DNA of 64,000 bases from Alphaproteobacteria bacterium (lineage in GTDB: Bacteria > Pseudomonadota > Alphaproteobacteria > UBA828), in the NCBI GenBank assembly GCA_965221125.1, contig CBDCRW010000006.1, positions 544,001 to 608,000 on the forward strand, read 5' to 3'. This document shows, piece after piece, positions 51,371 through 60,666 of the stretch. Each line of letters begins with the position of its first letter. Position 1 is the stretch's first letter. The notes under the pieces are model-generated. The model made no database searches, had not been told where the DNA came from, and was given only the letters and a program-made list of their open reading frames with translations. Both the position numbers and the translations under genes were made by a program.

Positions 51371-52551
51371 GCCGCGCACCCGTCTTCGGCCGCCACCTCC
51401 GCCAGCACCTCGTTGGTGTGCTCACCGAGCGTGGGCGGCGCGCGGCGCACCGCGAACGGCGCGGCCGACATGTCGATGGGCGAGGCCACGAGACGCACCG
51501 GCCCGCCGGCGGTCGGCGCCAGCTCGACGATCAGGCGGTTGCAGGCGGTCTGCGGGTCCTCGAGGGCGGCCTGGAGCGATTTCACGGGCGCGCACAGGAT
51601 GTCGACCTCGCCGAGGCGCTCCAGCCAGTGGTCCGTCGCGTTGCCGGCGAAGCTCTCGCGGAAGATCGCCTGAAGCTGGGGCCGGTGGGCCTGCTGCTGC
51701 TCCAGCGTGGCGTACCTGGCATCAGCGGAGAGGTCGCCGATGGCGAGCGCCCGGCAGATGTCGCGGAGCGGGTTCTCCTTGAAGGCGCCGACCATGACGA
51801 TGGCGCCGTCGCTGGTCTCGAACACGCCGGAGAGCGGCATGGCGGCCCAGTTGAGCTCGCGGCCCCGCATCATCCACATCGCCGCCTCCTGCATCTGCAT
51901 CGCCAGCATGGAGTTGTAGAGCGAGACCGCCACCTGCTGCCCCTCGCCGGTCCGCTGGCGCTGGAGCAACGCGAGCAGGATCCCCTGTACCAGGTGCATG
52001 CCCGCGGCGTAGTCGGCGAGCGTGGTGGGATAGATGGAGAGCGGCAGCGCCGGGTCCGCGCGGCGGTGCATGGCGCCGCTCATGGCCTGGGCGAGCACGT
52101 CCTGGCCGCCCTTGTGGACGTAGGGGCCGTCGAGGCCGAAGCCGGTGCCGACGGCGTAGACGATGCGCCGGTTGATGCGGCGGAGCTCGTCGTAGCCGAG
52201 GCCCATGCGCTCCATGACGCCGGGGCGGAAGTTGTTCACGACCACGTCCACCGTCTCCACCAGCCGCAGCACGGCCGCCTTGTCGGCGTCGGACTTGAGG
52301 TTGAGGGTGACGCTGCGCTTGTTGCGGTTGAGGCTCGAGAACACCGGGTTGTTGCCGCCGTCCGGGTCCTCGCCGACGCTCCAACGCGAGATGTCGCCCA
52401 GCCCGGCGCGTTCGATCTTGATCACGTCGGCGCCGTAGTCGCCCAGCATCTGCGTGCAGCACGGGCCCATCATCACCTGCGTGAAGTCGAGGACGCGCAC
52501 GCCGTCGAGCGGCAGCGGGCCGCCGCCGGCTGCGCCTGCATTCGCTGCCAT
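51367..52551 (-). CDS. Class III CoA-transferase (CaiB/BaiF family)
   Basis: PLDGVRVLDF, GADVIKIE, NRNKRS, NFRPG, LAD (catalytic Asp), PPTLGEHT motifs; TGATG overlap. Confidence 0.95.
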   Translation of the reverse strand: MAANAGAAGGGPLPLDGVRVLDFTQVMMGPCCTQMLGDYGADVIKIERAGLGDISRWSVGEDPDGGNNPVFSSLNRNKRSVTLNLKSDADKAAVLRLVETVDVVVNNFRPGVMERMGLGYDELRRINRRIVYAVGTGFGLDGPYVHKGGQDVLAQAMSGAMHRRADPALPLSIYPTTLADYAAGMHLVQGILLALLQRQRTGEGQQVAVSLYNSMLAMQMQEAAMWMMRGRELNWAAMPLSGVFETSDGAIVMVGAFKENPLRDICRALAIGDLSADARYATLEQQQAHRPQLQAIFRESFAGNATDHWLERLGEVDILCAPVKSLQAALEDPQTACNRLIVELAPTAGGPVRLVASPIDMSAAPFAVRRAPPTLGEHTNEVLAEVAAEDGCAA

Positions 52552-53912
52552 CAGGCGGCCTCCGTCACGTGCGCATTGGCGGCCGGCCGGTCGCCAGGGT
52601 CGGCCCCTTGGGCGCGCATCTGCCGCTGGATGCCGCGCACGTCCACGTCGCGCACCAGGATGCCGCCGTCGAGGGCCTGGGCGGCGGCGATGCCGGCGGC
52701 CTCGCCCATGGCCATGCAGGGCGGGATCTCGCGGCTGATCTTCTGGGCCTGCGGGGTCGCCGAGTAGTGCCGGCCCGCGACCAGCAGCTGGTCGACGCCC
52801 ACCGGCAGGATCGCGCGGTAGGGGGTGTAGTAGTCGCGGCCGCGGCAGACGCTGTCGTGGAAGTGCACGCGGTCCTTCACGTCCCGCTTGGTGACCACGT
52901 ATTCGCCTTTGAGCAGCCGGGTCTGGCGCACGCCGGTCTGCGGCGCGAAGTCCACGAAGTACGCCTGCTCGAAGCCCGGCAGGTTCTCGCGGGCAAACTC
53001 GAGCAGCCCCTGCATGCGCCGCCGGCCCTCGAACTCGGCGGCCGTCAGATCGGCGACCTTCATGCCGTCGAACCCGGTCATGTGCGGGCAGTTGCACCAG
53101 ACGATGCCGGGCAGCGGCGTCTTGAGCCACCAGTGCTGCCAGCTGCCGCCGATCAGGCGCTTGGCCTGGCGGTCGAGCGCCGCGAAGCGCTCGGGCTCCT
53201 CGCGCTCGAAGCGCTCCGCCGCCTCGGTATCCACGCCGCCGATGCGGGAGACCGTGGTGACGATGTAGGCGCCGTCCTCGTAAGCCGCGCCGGCGCTGGC
53301 CGCCACATCGAGATCGCCCGTGGCATCGATGACCGCACGCGCCCGGATGGCCTGCGCGCCCTCCTTGGTCTCGACGATGACGCCGGCGGCGCGGCCGTCC
53401 TCCACGATGGCGGACTGGAACCAGCTGTGCAGGCGCAGGCGGACGCCGGCCTCCCGCACCATGTCGAGCGAGGCCTGCTTGAAGCCGTCCGGGTCGAAGG
53501 CGGCGGCGAAGATGATGGGATGCGGCTTCGACTGGGTGTGGAAGTCGAAGAGACCCCAGCGCCGCCACTTGCGCCACATCTCCTGGGTCGCGCGGACGGC
53601 CGGGTCGCGATCGGCCTCGGGCGGGTAGACGCAGAGCCCCTTGGCGTGCATCCGCTCGATGATCTCCATCGCAAGCCCGCGCACGGAGACCTCGGTGTCG
53701 TTGTGCATGTCGTCGAGCACCAGCACCATGCCGCCGGACGCGAGGCCGCCGAGGTAGGGGTAGCGCTCCACGAGCACGGCGTCCGCGCCGTTCCGCGCCG
53801 CGGAGACCGCCGCGGCGATGCCGGCGGGGCCGCCGCCCACGACCACCACGTCGGCATCGGCGACCACCGGCACGTGGGCTTCGGGGCGGATCAAGATTTC
53901 GGGCGATGACAT
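52551..53912 (-). CDS. FAD-dependent oxidoreductase (FAD_oxidored/PF12831-like)
   Basis: DVVVVGGGPAG, LGGLASGG, IDATGDLD, GVRQTR, TPYRAILP...LLVAGR, CMAMGEAAG motifs. Confidence 0.9.
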   Translation of the reverse strand: MSSPEILIRPEAHVPVVADADVVVVGGGPAGIAAAVSAARNGADAVLVERYPYLGGLASGGMVLVLDDMHNDTEVSVRGLAMEIIERMHAKGLCVYPPEADRDPAVRATQEMWRKWRRWGLFDFHTQSKPHPIIFAAAFDPDGFKQASLDMVREAGVRLRLHSWFQSAIVEDGRAAGVIVETKEGAQAIRARAVIDATGDLDVAASAGAAYEDGAYIVTTVSRIGGVDTEAAERFEREEPERFAALDRQAKRLIGGSWQHWWLKTPLPGIVWCNCPHMTGFDGMKVADLTAAEFEGRRRMQGLLEFARENLPGFEQAYFVDFAPQTGVRQTRLLKGEYVVTKRDVKDRVHFHDSVCRGRDYYTPYRAILPVGVDQLLVAGRHYSATPQAQKISREIPPCMAMGEAAGIAAAQALDGGILVRDVDVRGIQRQMRAQGADPGDRPAANAHVTEAA

Positions 53913-53943
53913 GCAATTGCCTCCGGGTGTGGGCGCGACGGGA

Positions 53944-54783
53944 TCAGTAGACCGCGCCCGGCTTCCACTTCAGGACCTGGCGTTCGACGAGGGACGTGGT
54001 CACGAAGAACGCGACTGCGAGGCCGGCGCCCAGGATGACCGTGGCGTAGAGCAGCGGGGCGCGGAAGTTGTAGGTGGCCTCGATGATGAGGGAGCCGAGG
54101 CCGTAGTTGGAGCCTATCCACTCGCCCACGATGGCGCCGATGACGCAGGTGGTTGACGCGATCTTCAACGCCGCGAAGAGGAAGGGCAGCGAGCTCTGCA
54201 GCCTGATCTTGAACAGGACCTCGCGGTCGTTGGCCGACAGCACGCGCATCAGCTCCAGCATCTGCGGGCTCACCGCCTTCAGTCCCCGCACCATGTTGAC
54301 GAGGGTCGGGAAGAAGCAGATCAGGGCCGCGATGACGATCTTGGGCTCGTAGCCGTTGCCCAGCATCAGCACCAGGATGGGAGCGATCGCGATGATCGGG
54401 ATCGTGTTGATGAACACCGCGATGGGATAGAACGCGCGCTCCGCCAGCCCGCTGTGCACGAACCAGACCGCGAGAAGCACCGCGATGGTGTTGCCCAGCA
54501 CGAAGCCGCATACCGCCTCCAGCAGGGTCGGCAGGAAATTGATCCAGAGGATGTGGCCCTGGTTCGCGAACACCTGCAGGACCTGCCACGGGCTCGGCGC
54601 GATGTAGGTCGGGATTTCGAACCCGGTGACGATGAGGTGCCAGACGACCACCATGCCGACGGCGGCGATGACGGCCGGCGCGCGGCGGAAGCGCCGGCGC
54701 ATCTTCGTTCGATCCAGACGCTTGGCCCCGGCCGCAGCGGCCTGCGGCTTGGCGGCTTTGGCGCCCACCTCCGTGGACGTCAT
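53944..54783 (-). CDS. NitT/TauT-type ABC permease
   Basis: YIAPSP, IPIIAIAP, CFFPTLVN, GAIVGEWIG..GLG motifs. Confidence 0.93.
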   Translation of the reverse strand: MTSTEVGAKAAKPQAAAAGAKRLDRTKMRRRFRRAPAVIAAVGMVVVWHLIVTGFEIPTYIAPSPWQVLQVFANQGHILWINFLPTLLEAVCGFVLGNTIAVLLAVWFVHSGLAERAFYPIAVFINTIPIIAIAPILVLMLGNGYEPKIVIAALICFFPTLVNMVRGLKAVSPQMLELMRVLSANDREVLFKIRLQSSLPFLFAALKIASTTCVIGAIVGEWIGSNYGLGSLIIEATYNFRAPLLYATVILGAGLAVAFFVTTSLVERQVLKWKPGAVY

Positions 54784-55595
54784 CGCGGCACATCCAGGAG
54801 GCCGCGCAGGTGCGCCGTGACCTGCACGAACTCGAGCGTGTCGCGCATGCCGAGGACGCGGGGCGAATCGAAGGAGATGTCCAGGTATTCGCGGACGCGG
54901 CCCGGCTGGGCCGAGAGCACCAGGCACTTCTGGCCGAGGAACGCGGCTTCCGGCACCGAGTGCGTCACGAACATGATCGTGGTGCCGGTCGTCTTCCAGA
55001 TGCGCAACAGCTCCTCGTTGAGGTTGTCGCGCTTGATCTCGTCGAGCGCGCCGAAGGGCTCGTCCATCAGCAGCACGCGGGGGCGGCAGACGAGCGCCCG
55101 GGCGATGGAGACGCGCTGGCGCATCCCGCCGGAAAGCTCGTGGGGGAGCGCGTCCTCGCGCCCTTCGAGGCCCACCAGCGCCAGCAGCTCCTCCGGCTCC
55201 GCGTGCTGCTCCACGCCGCCGCCGCGACGGCCGACTTCCAGCGGCAGCCGCACGTTGTCGATCGCGCTCCGCCAGGGCAGCAGCGTCGCATCCTGAAAGA
55301 CGAAGGCGAAATCGCGCGCGCGGCGTGCCTCCTCCGGCGTGCGGCCGAAGACGCGGATGTCGCCGCCCGAGAGCGGCACCAGATCGGCGATGGCGCGCAG
55401 CAGCGTGGACTTGCCGCAGCCGGACGGGCCCAGCATGGTGACGAAGCCGCCCTCGGGCACGCTGAAGCCCACCCTCTCCAGGGCGGTGACGCTGCCGGTC
55501 TCCGTCTCGAAACGGACGACCAGGTCGTTCACCGAGATCGCCGTGGCGGCGGCGCTTACCGTCTCCGCCCCCGCCACGGCAGCGGCTTGCGTCAT
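54780..55595 (-). CDS. NitT/TauT-type ABC ATP-binding protein
   Basis: GPSGCGKST, VFQDATLLPWR, LSGGMRQR, DEPFGALD motifs. Confidence 0.95.
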   Translation of the reverse strand: MTQAAAVAGAETVSAAATAISVNDLVVRFETETGSVTALERVGFSVPEGGFVTMLGPSGCGKSTLLRAIADLVPLSGGDIRVFGRTPEEARRARDFAFVFQDATLLPWRSAIDNVRLPLEVGRRGGGVEQHAEPEELLALVGLEGREDALPHELSGGMRQRVSIARALVCRPRVLLMDEPFGALDEIKRDNLNEELLRIWKTTGTTIMFVTHSVPEAAFLGQKCLVLSAQPGRVREYLDISFDSPRVLGMRDTLEFVQVTAHLRGLLDVPR

Positions 55596-56638
55596 CCGAC
55601 CTCTTTCCTCACGGCCTCCGTGGCGGAAAGGATATCCAGAGTCATCACGTCGTCTACGGTCGGCGTCGGACCCTGGAACTGCTCAAGCTCGGCGTAGGAG
55701 TCGATCTGGGCCTGCCAGTTGGCCGGGTTCATGGCCGCCCAGCCCTCGGCCGCCGTGACGTCGTTGAACGCGAAGCCCAGCACCAGGCCGGACGCCTCCA
55801 GCTCGCTCGCGCGGTCCAGGTTCTGGTACTCGGCGACGAGGTGGTCGACGCCCGCCTCGGGGTTCTTGCGCGCCTCGCCCCAGCCGCGGGCGGAGCCGGT
55901 GAGGAAGCGGGCCAGCACGTCCGCGTGCTCCGCCAGCATCTCGTCGGTGGCGTAGTAGACGTTGGCGTAGAGCTGGATGCCGGCGTCCCACAGCATCATG
56001 TCGACGCGGTCCTCGCCGAGCACCTTCAGCGCGTTGGTGTTGGTCATCCAGCCGGTCACCGCTGCGGCCTGGCCGGTCATCACCTGGTTCATGTCGCTGC
56101 CCATCTTGACGATCTCGACCTGGTCCTCGGCGATGCCGTTCTTGGCCAGCAGCGCGCGGAGCAGGATCACCGCCGTCGGCTGCGTCGCGATGGTCTTGCC
56201 GATCATGTCCTGCGGCGTGTTGATGGGATTGCTGCCGAGCGAGAAGTAGGTGAAGGGGTGCTTCTGGTAGCCGGCCGCAAACGCCTTGACCGGGATGCCG
56301 GCGGAGCGCGCCAGCATCAGCGACGGGCTGGAGGAGAGATGGCCGACCCCGGCCCGGCCGGCGGCGACCGAGGCGACGCCGTCCACGCCCGGCCCACCCG
56401 GCGTGACCTCAAGCTCGATGCCGAGCTCCTCGTAGATTCCCGTGCGCTTGGCCACGATCTCGCCCATGATGCCGTTGCTGGCGAGCCAGCCGAGCTGCAT
56501 GTTGACCTTCGCCGCATCGGCGCCGAGGGCCTCGACGCTGACGAGGGACGACACGGCTGCGACGCCGCCGAGCGCTGCACCGCCCTTGAGAATCTGGCGG
56601 CGGCTCAATTGGGCATGTGGGTGCCGGTGCTGAGTCAT
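55592..56638 (-). CDS. ABC substrate-binding protein, NMT1/THI5-like (Tat-exported)
   Basis: Tat signal SRRQILKGG; QLGWL..., GIELEVTPGGPG, PQDMIGKTI motifs typical of NMT1/THI5-type binding proteins. Confidence 0.85.
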   Translation of the reverse strand: MTQHRHPHAQLSRRQILKGGAALGGVAAVSSLVSVEALGADAAKVNMQLGWLASNGIMGEIVAKRTGIYEELGIELEVTPGGPGVDGVASVAAGRAGVGHLSSSPSLMLARSAGIPVKAFAAGYQKHPFTYFSLGSNPINTPQDMIGKTIATQPTAVILLRALLAKNGIAEDQVEIVKMGSDMNQVMTGQAAAVTGWMTNTNALKVLGEDRVDMMLWDAGIQLYANVYYATDEMLAEHADVLARFLTGSARGWGEARKNPEAGVDHLVAEYQNLDRASELEASGLVLGFAFNDVTAAEGWAAMNPANWQAQIDSYAELEQFQGPTPTVDDVMTLDILSATEAVRKEVG

Positions 56639-56836
56639 GGTCTTTCCTCCCAGGTGGTTGTCAGGCTGGCGGCGGACGGTGCGGCCCGCGCGCCGCAGGC
56701 GTGCCGGGGCTGCGGGAGGCGTGGCGGTGCGATGCGAACCATCATCCCACTCGGCTCATCCCGAAATCCTCCCGTCGTCGGGTGCAACGGTAGCCAGCCT
56801 GCCCGTTCGAGGGAATTGCTAAATTCTGCCCCATGT

Positions 56837-56853
56837 GTTGCTCGATTTGCAAC
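56837..56853. promoter_or_regulatory. LysR-type binding site candidate
   Basis: GTTGC-N7-GCAAC dyad containing T-N11-A, in the AT-rich divergent intergenic region. Confidence 0.55.
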
Positions 56854-56948
56854 GCAACGCGCGCAAAGAATCGCGCCATAATTGTGGCGAACGGAACATG
56901 GCGCGGCCCGCCTGCGGCACCGGCCGGGCGGCACCAGGGGGAGCGATC

Positions 56949-57956
56949 ATGACTGAGGCAAGAGCGGATCGCGCGCATGTGGCGGCGTTCGACGAAGTGC
57001 CGCAGATCGACATCGGGCCGCTGTTTCGGGGCGACGAGCGGGCGCGGCGGGGCGTGGGCGATGCGGTGCGCGATGCCTGCCGCGACGTGGGCTTCTTCTA
57101 CATCCGCAACCACGGCATTGCGCAGGCGACCATCGACGATCTGTTCGCGCAGATGGCGCGCTTCTTCGCCCTGCCGGAGGACGCGAAGCGCGAAATCCAC
57201 GCGAGCAAGTCGCGGTGCTTCCGCGGCTACTCCGGGCTCTTCGAGGAGCGGCACGACGCTGCGACCGACTACTACGAGCCGCACGAGGTGATCGACTTCG
57301 GCCGCGAGAACCAGCCCGACGACCCGCCGGAATGCGCGGCGAGCCTGCTCTACGGCCCCAACCTCTGGCCATCGGAGCCGCCGGCGCTGCGCCGGGCAGT
57401 GGAGGCCTACTACGCGGCCATGGTCGAGGTCTCGAACGCGCTGCTCCGCGCCTTCGCGCTCGCCCTGGCGTTGCCGGAGGCGTACTTCCTCGACAAGTTC
57501 GACCGTGCCGCAGGCGCGCTCAGGCTCCTGCACTACCCGCCGCAGGCTCCGGACGAGAGACGGCTCGGCGTCGGCGCGCATACCGACTACGAGATGTTCA
57601 CGATCCTGGCGCAGGAGGCCACGCCCGGCCTCCAGGTCCTGAACGGCGCGGGCGCCTGGATCGACGTTCCGCCGGTCGCGGGCACCTTCGTGGTCAATAT
57701 CGGCGACCTCATGGCGCGCTGGACCAACGACCGTTTCACCTCGAACATCCACCGCGCCGCCAACCGCACCGCCCGCCACCGCTACTCCATCCCCTTCTTC
57801 ATGGGGGCCAACGTCGACACCGAGATCCGCTGCCTCGCGAGCTGCACCGGGCCGGACGAGCCGCCAAGGTATCCGCCGGTGCTGGCGGGCGCGCATATCG
57901 AGGCCCGGCTGCTCGAGCTGCAGCACGCCCTGGTGGAGGCCAAGAGCGCGGACTGA
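56949..57956 (+). CDS. IPNS-family 2OG-Fe(II) oxygenase
   Basis: VPQIDI, ACRDVGFFYIRNHG, LRLLHYPP, AHTD (HxD), VNIGDLM, HR, RYSIPFF motifs. Confidence 0.93.
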   Translation: MTEARADRAHVAAFDEVPQIDIGPLFRGDERARRGVGDAVRDACRDVGFFYIRNHGIAQATIDDLFAQMARFFALPEDAKREIHASKSRCFRGYSGLFEERHDAATDYYEPHEVIDFGRENQPDDPPECAASLLYGPNLWPSEPPALRRAVEAYYAAMVEVSNALLRAFALALALPEAYFLDKFDRAAGALRLLHYPPQAPDERRLGVGAHTDYEMFTILAQEATPGLQVLNGAGAWIDVPPVAGTFVVNIGDLMARWTNDRFTSNIHRAANRTARHRYSIPFFMGANVDTEIRCLASCTGPDEPPRYPPVLAGAHIEARLLELQHALVEAKSAD

Positions 57957-58007
57957 GACCGTTCCGCGTCAGCGACAGCCCTGCGGCAGCGGGATACCGT
58001 TGTTTCA

Positions 58008-58037
58008 TTGACACCGCCCGCTCCCACGGTTTCAAAT
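58008..58037 (+). promoter_or_regulatory. Putative sigma70 promoter of the PotD-type ABC operon
   Basis: Perfect TTGACA (58008-58013), 18 nt spacer, TCAAAT (58032-58037). Confidence 0.5.
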
Positions 58038-58228
58038 GGTCGCGACCCCGTGCCCGAATTACTGGACACGCGTGTCAGGAGTGAGGGGCCGCTGTCGGGT
58101 ATCGGCGAGGTCGTCTCGCGCCGGATGGCGCCGACGGCGATCCTCACCGCCCGGCCAGACGGCCGCCCCGTTTCGCAGGAGGGCGCAACGCGCAGCCATT
58201 CGACCACCGACGCGGCAAGGAGGCTCCG

Positions 58229-59398
58229 ATGAGAGACAGCGACAAGCGGAAGAAATCCGATCGTACCGGGTTCAAGATCAACCGGCGGACCCTGTTGAAG
58301 GGAGGCGCGGCGGCCGCAGGTGTCGCGGCGGCCGGCTCGCTCACGATTTTCTCGCGCACGGCGCGCGCCGCCGACACGCTGCGGGTGCTGTGCTGGCCGG
58401 GCTACGAAGAGAAGAACGTGATCCAGGAGTTCGAGGACACGCACGGCGTCAAGGTCGAGTTCAAGATCTACATCGGCGGCGAGCAGATGCTCCAGTTCTT
58501 CAACCAGACGCCGCGCGGGACCTACGACAACGTGCTGGCGGACGCCGAGTACATCCGCAAGCTCGCGGCCATCGACGCGATCGAGCCCTACAACCCGGGC
58601 GAGGTCACCGAGCTCGCCAACTACCACCCGAAGTTCAACGACATGCACCAGGTGCAGGCCGGCGACGGCATGGTCTGGGGCACGCCGACGCGCTTCAGCT
58701 TCTACGCCATCTCCTACAACTCGGACCACATGAGCTTCGAGGAGAGCGGCGACTGGAACTCGCTGTTCCTGCCCAAGTTCCAGGGCAAGATCGGCATCTT
58801 CGACTGGTACCTGCCGAACATGGGCAACGCGAGCCTCGCGGTGCATCCCAACAAGGAGAACCCCTACGACCTGACCGACGACCAGCTCGGCGCGGTCCGC
58901 GACTGGCTGCTGAAGCTCAGGCCCCAGGTCAACATGTTCGGCTCCAGCGCCCAGCCCATCGTGCAGGCGATGATCAACGGCGACGTCGTCGCAGGGATGA
59001 TCGGCGACCTCGACATCGACCTGAAGCTCGCCGGCTACACCAACATGGAATCGACGATCCCGGTGCAGGGCGGCATCCGCTGGCAGGAAGTGGCCACCAT
59101 GTGCAAGCAGAGCGAGAACAAGGAGCTCGCGCTGGAGTGGATCAAGTACATGAGCCAGGCCCACGTGCAGGCCAAGCTGGCCTACACCAAGGCGTTCAAG
59201 GCCCGTGGCCCCAATCTCAAGATCGCCGAGCACTGGGACGATGAGCAGAACCAGCTCATGGGCTACTATCCCGATCCCAACAACTCCAGCCAGATGTGGG
59301 TGGAGACGCTGATCGACCGCAGCGTCGGCCGCGATCTTCCCGTGCAGCAGGACGAGAAGGCTTGGATCGATATCTTCAACGAGTTCAAGACGGGCTAG
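58229..59398 (+). CDS. ABC substrate-binding protein, PotD/PotF-like (Tat-exported)
   Basis: Tat signal NRRTLLKGG; LRVLCWPGY, FEDTHGVKV, NKELALEWIKYM motifs; followed by potABC-like genes. Confidence 0.85.
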   Translation: MRDSDKRKKSDRTGFKINRRTLLKGGAAAAGVAAAGSLTIFSRTARAADTLRVLCWPGYEEKNVIQEFEDTHGVKVEFKIYIGGEQMLQFFNQTPRGTYDNVLADAEYIRKLAAIDAIEPYNPGEVTELANYHPKFNDMHQVQAGDGMVWGTPTRFSFYAISYNSDHMSFEESGDWNSLFLPKFQGKIGIFDWYLPNMGNASLAVHPNKENPYDLTDDQLGAVRDWLLKLRPQVNMFGSSAQPIVQAMINGDVVAGMIGDLDIDLKLAGYTNMESTIPVQGGIRWQEVATMCKQSENKELALEWIKYMSQAHVQAKLAYTKAFKARGPNLKIAEHWDDEQNQLMGYYPDPNNSSQMWVETLIDRSVGRDLPVQQDEKAWIDIFNEFKTG

Positions 59399-59421
59399 AT
59401 CGCCGCAGCCCGTCGTGCACC

Positions 59422-59463
59422 GAGCGGGCGGCGCGCCGCCGCGGCGGCGCGTCGGCCCCGCTC
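59422..59463. other. Long GC hairpin between the binding-protein and ATPase genes
   Basis: GAGCGGG-CGGCGCGCCGCC / GGCGGCGCGTCG..CCCGCTC inverted repeat; probable mRNA-stabilising stem. Confidence 0.5.
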
Positions 59464-59493
59464 CGCACCCGCTCCGCGCGAGCCTGACGAGCG

Positions 59494-60627
59494 ATGGCGC
59501 ATGAAGCAGGGAGCGCGGTAGCGGGCGGCGCGGTCGCCGACCTCGAGGTGCGCGGCATCGCCAAGCGCTTCGGCTCGGTGGTCGCCATCGAGCGTGTCGA
59601 CATCGACGTCCAGCGCGGCGAGTTCGTCGCCATCATGGGGCCGAGCGGCTGCGGCAAGACAACGCTGCTCCGCATCATCGCAGGGCTGGAGAGGGCGGAC
59701 GCAGGCACGCTGCTGCTGCGCGGCGACGACATCGGCGACGTGCCGGTGCACAAGCGCAGCACCCGGCTTATCTGGCAGGACTACTCGCTCTTCCCCTTCC
59801 TCAACGTCCGCAAGAACATCGAGTTCGGGCTGACGCTCAAGCGCCACGACAAGAAGGAGGTGCGGCGGAAGGTCGAAGCCGTGGCGGAGCAGGTTCACCT
59901 GACCCCTCTGCTCGCGCGCCGCATCGGCCAGTTGAGCGGCGGCGAGAAGCAGCGGGTCGCCATCGCCCGGGCGCTCGTCACCGAGCCGGAGATCCTGCTT
60001 CTCGACGAGCCGCTCAGCTCGCTCGACGCGCACCTGCGGATCAAGGTGCAGAGCGAGCTCACGGTGCTGCAGCGCGAGCTCGGAATCTCCTTCATCTACG
60101 TCACCCACAACCAGAGCGAAGCCTTCGCCATGGCGGACCGGGTGGTGGTCATGAACAAGGGCGTCGTCGAGCAGGTCGGTCGGCCGGCCGAGATCTACAA
60201 TCGGCCGGAAACCCACTTCGTCGCCGAGTTCGTGGGCGCGAACAACATTTTCGAGGGCCGGCTCTCGGAGGTGGCGGGCGGCGCGGTGGTCGTCGACTGC
60301 AGCCACGGCGCGGTCCGCATCGCCGGGCACGGGAGCGATCTAGAGCGGGGTGCTGCTGTCGAACTGGTGGTGCAGGCGGACAAGCTGCGCCGCCGCCAGG
60401 ACGGCGACGATGGCCGGAACACGATCCGGGCGGTCCTGAAGGGCCGCGAGTTCACCGGCTCGCAAGTGATCTACTACCTGGAGACCGCGCAGGGCGTCGA
60501 GGTCAAGATGGTCCTGCAGGAGCCCTTCACCGAGGGCGAAGGGACCGAGATCAACTCCGAGATGGAGCTTTGCTGGGCGCCCGAGGACACCGTCATCCTC
60601 GGGCACCGGGATGCGGACCAGCCGTGA
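59494..60627 (+). CDS. PotA-like ABC ATP-binding protein
   Basis: GPSGCGKTT, LSGGEKQR, LLDEPLSSLD motifs; C-terminal TOBE domain. Confidence 0.93.
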   Translation: MAHEAGSAVAGGAVADLEVRGIAKRFGSVVAIERVDIDVQRGEFVAIMGPSGCGKTTLLRIIAGLERADAGTLLLRGDDIGDVPVHKRSTRLIWQDYSLFPFLNVRKNIEFGLTLKRHDKKEVRRKVEAVAEQVHLTPLLARRIGQLSGGEKQRVAIARALVTEPEILLLDEPLSSLDAHLRIKVQSELTVLQRELGISFIYVTHNQSEAFAMADRVVVMNKGVVEQVGRPAEIYNRPETHFVAEFVGANNIFEGRLSEVAGGAVVVDCSHGAVRIAGHGSDLERGAAVELVVQADKLRRRQDGDDGRNTIRAVLKGREFTGSQVIYYLETAQGVEVKMVLQEPFTEGEGTEINSEMELCWAPEDTVILGHRDADQP

Positions 60628-60666
60628 GCCGGGCTCGCGCAGCGCCCCGCCGGTGACGAGGGCCCC

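Noticed and set aside
51367-53916. 849-aa ORF suggesting a FAD-oxidoreductase/CoA-transferase fusion or frameshift
   Set aside because: Only the C-terminal part from 52551 is the CoA-transferase; the upstream part is an off-frame read of the FAD gene. The two genes have a normal TGATG overlap.
56639-56948. TPP or xanthine (NMT1-motif) riboswitch upstream of the NMT1-like binding protein
   Set aside because: I could not find the CTGAGA...ACCTG core of TPP or the NMT1 consensus on the minus strand.
58129-58165. Guanidine-II (mini-ykkC) riboswitch suggested by two GACGGC motifs
   Set aside because: The stems needed to present ACGR as tetraloops do not extend beyond 1-2 bp; kept only as part of the unexplained leader.
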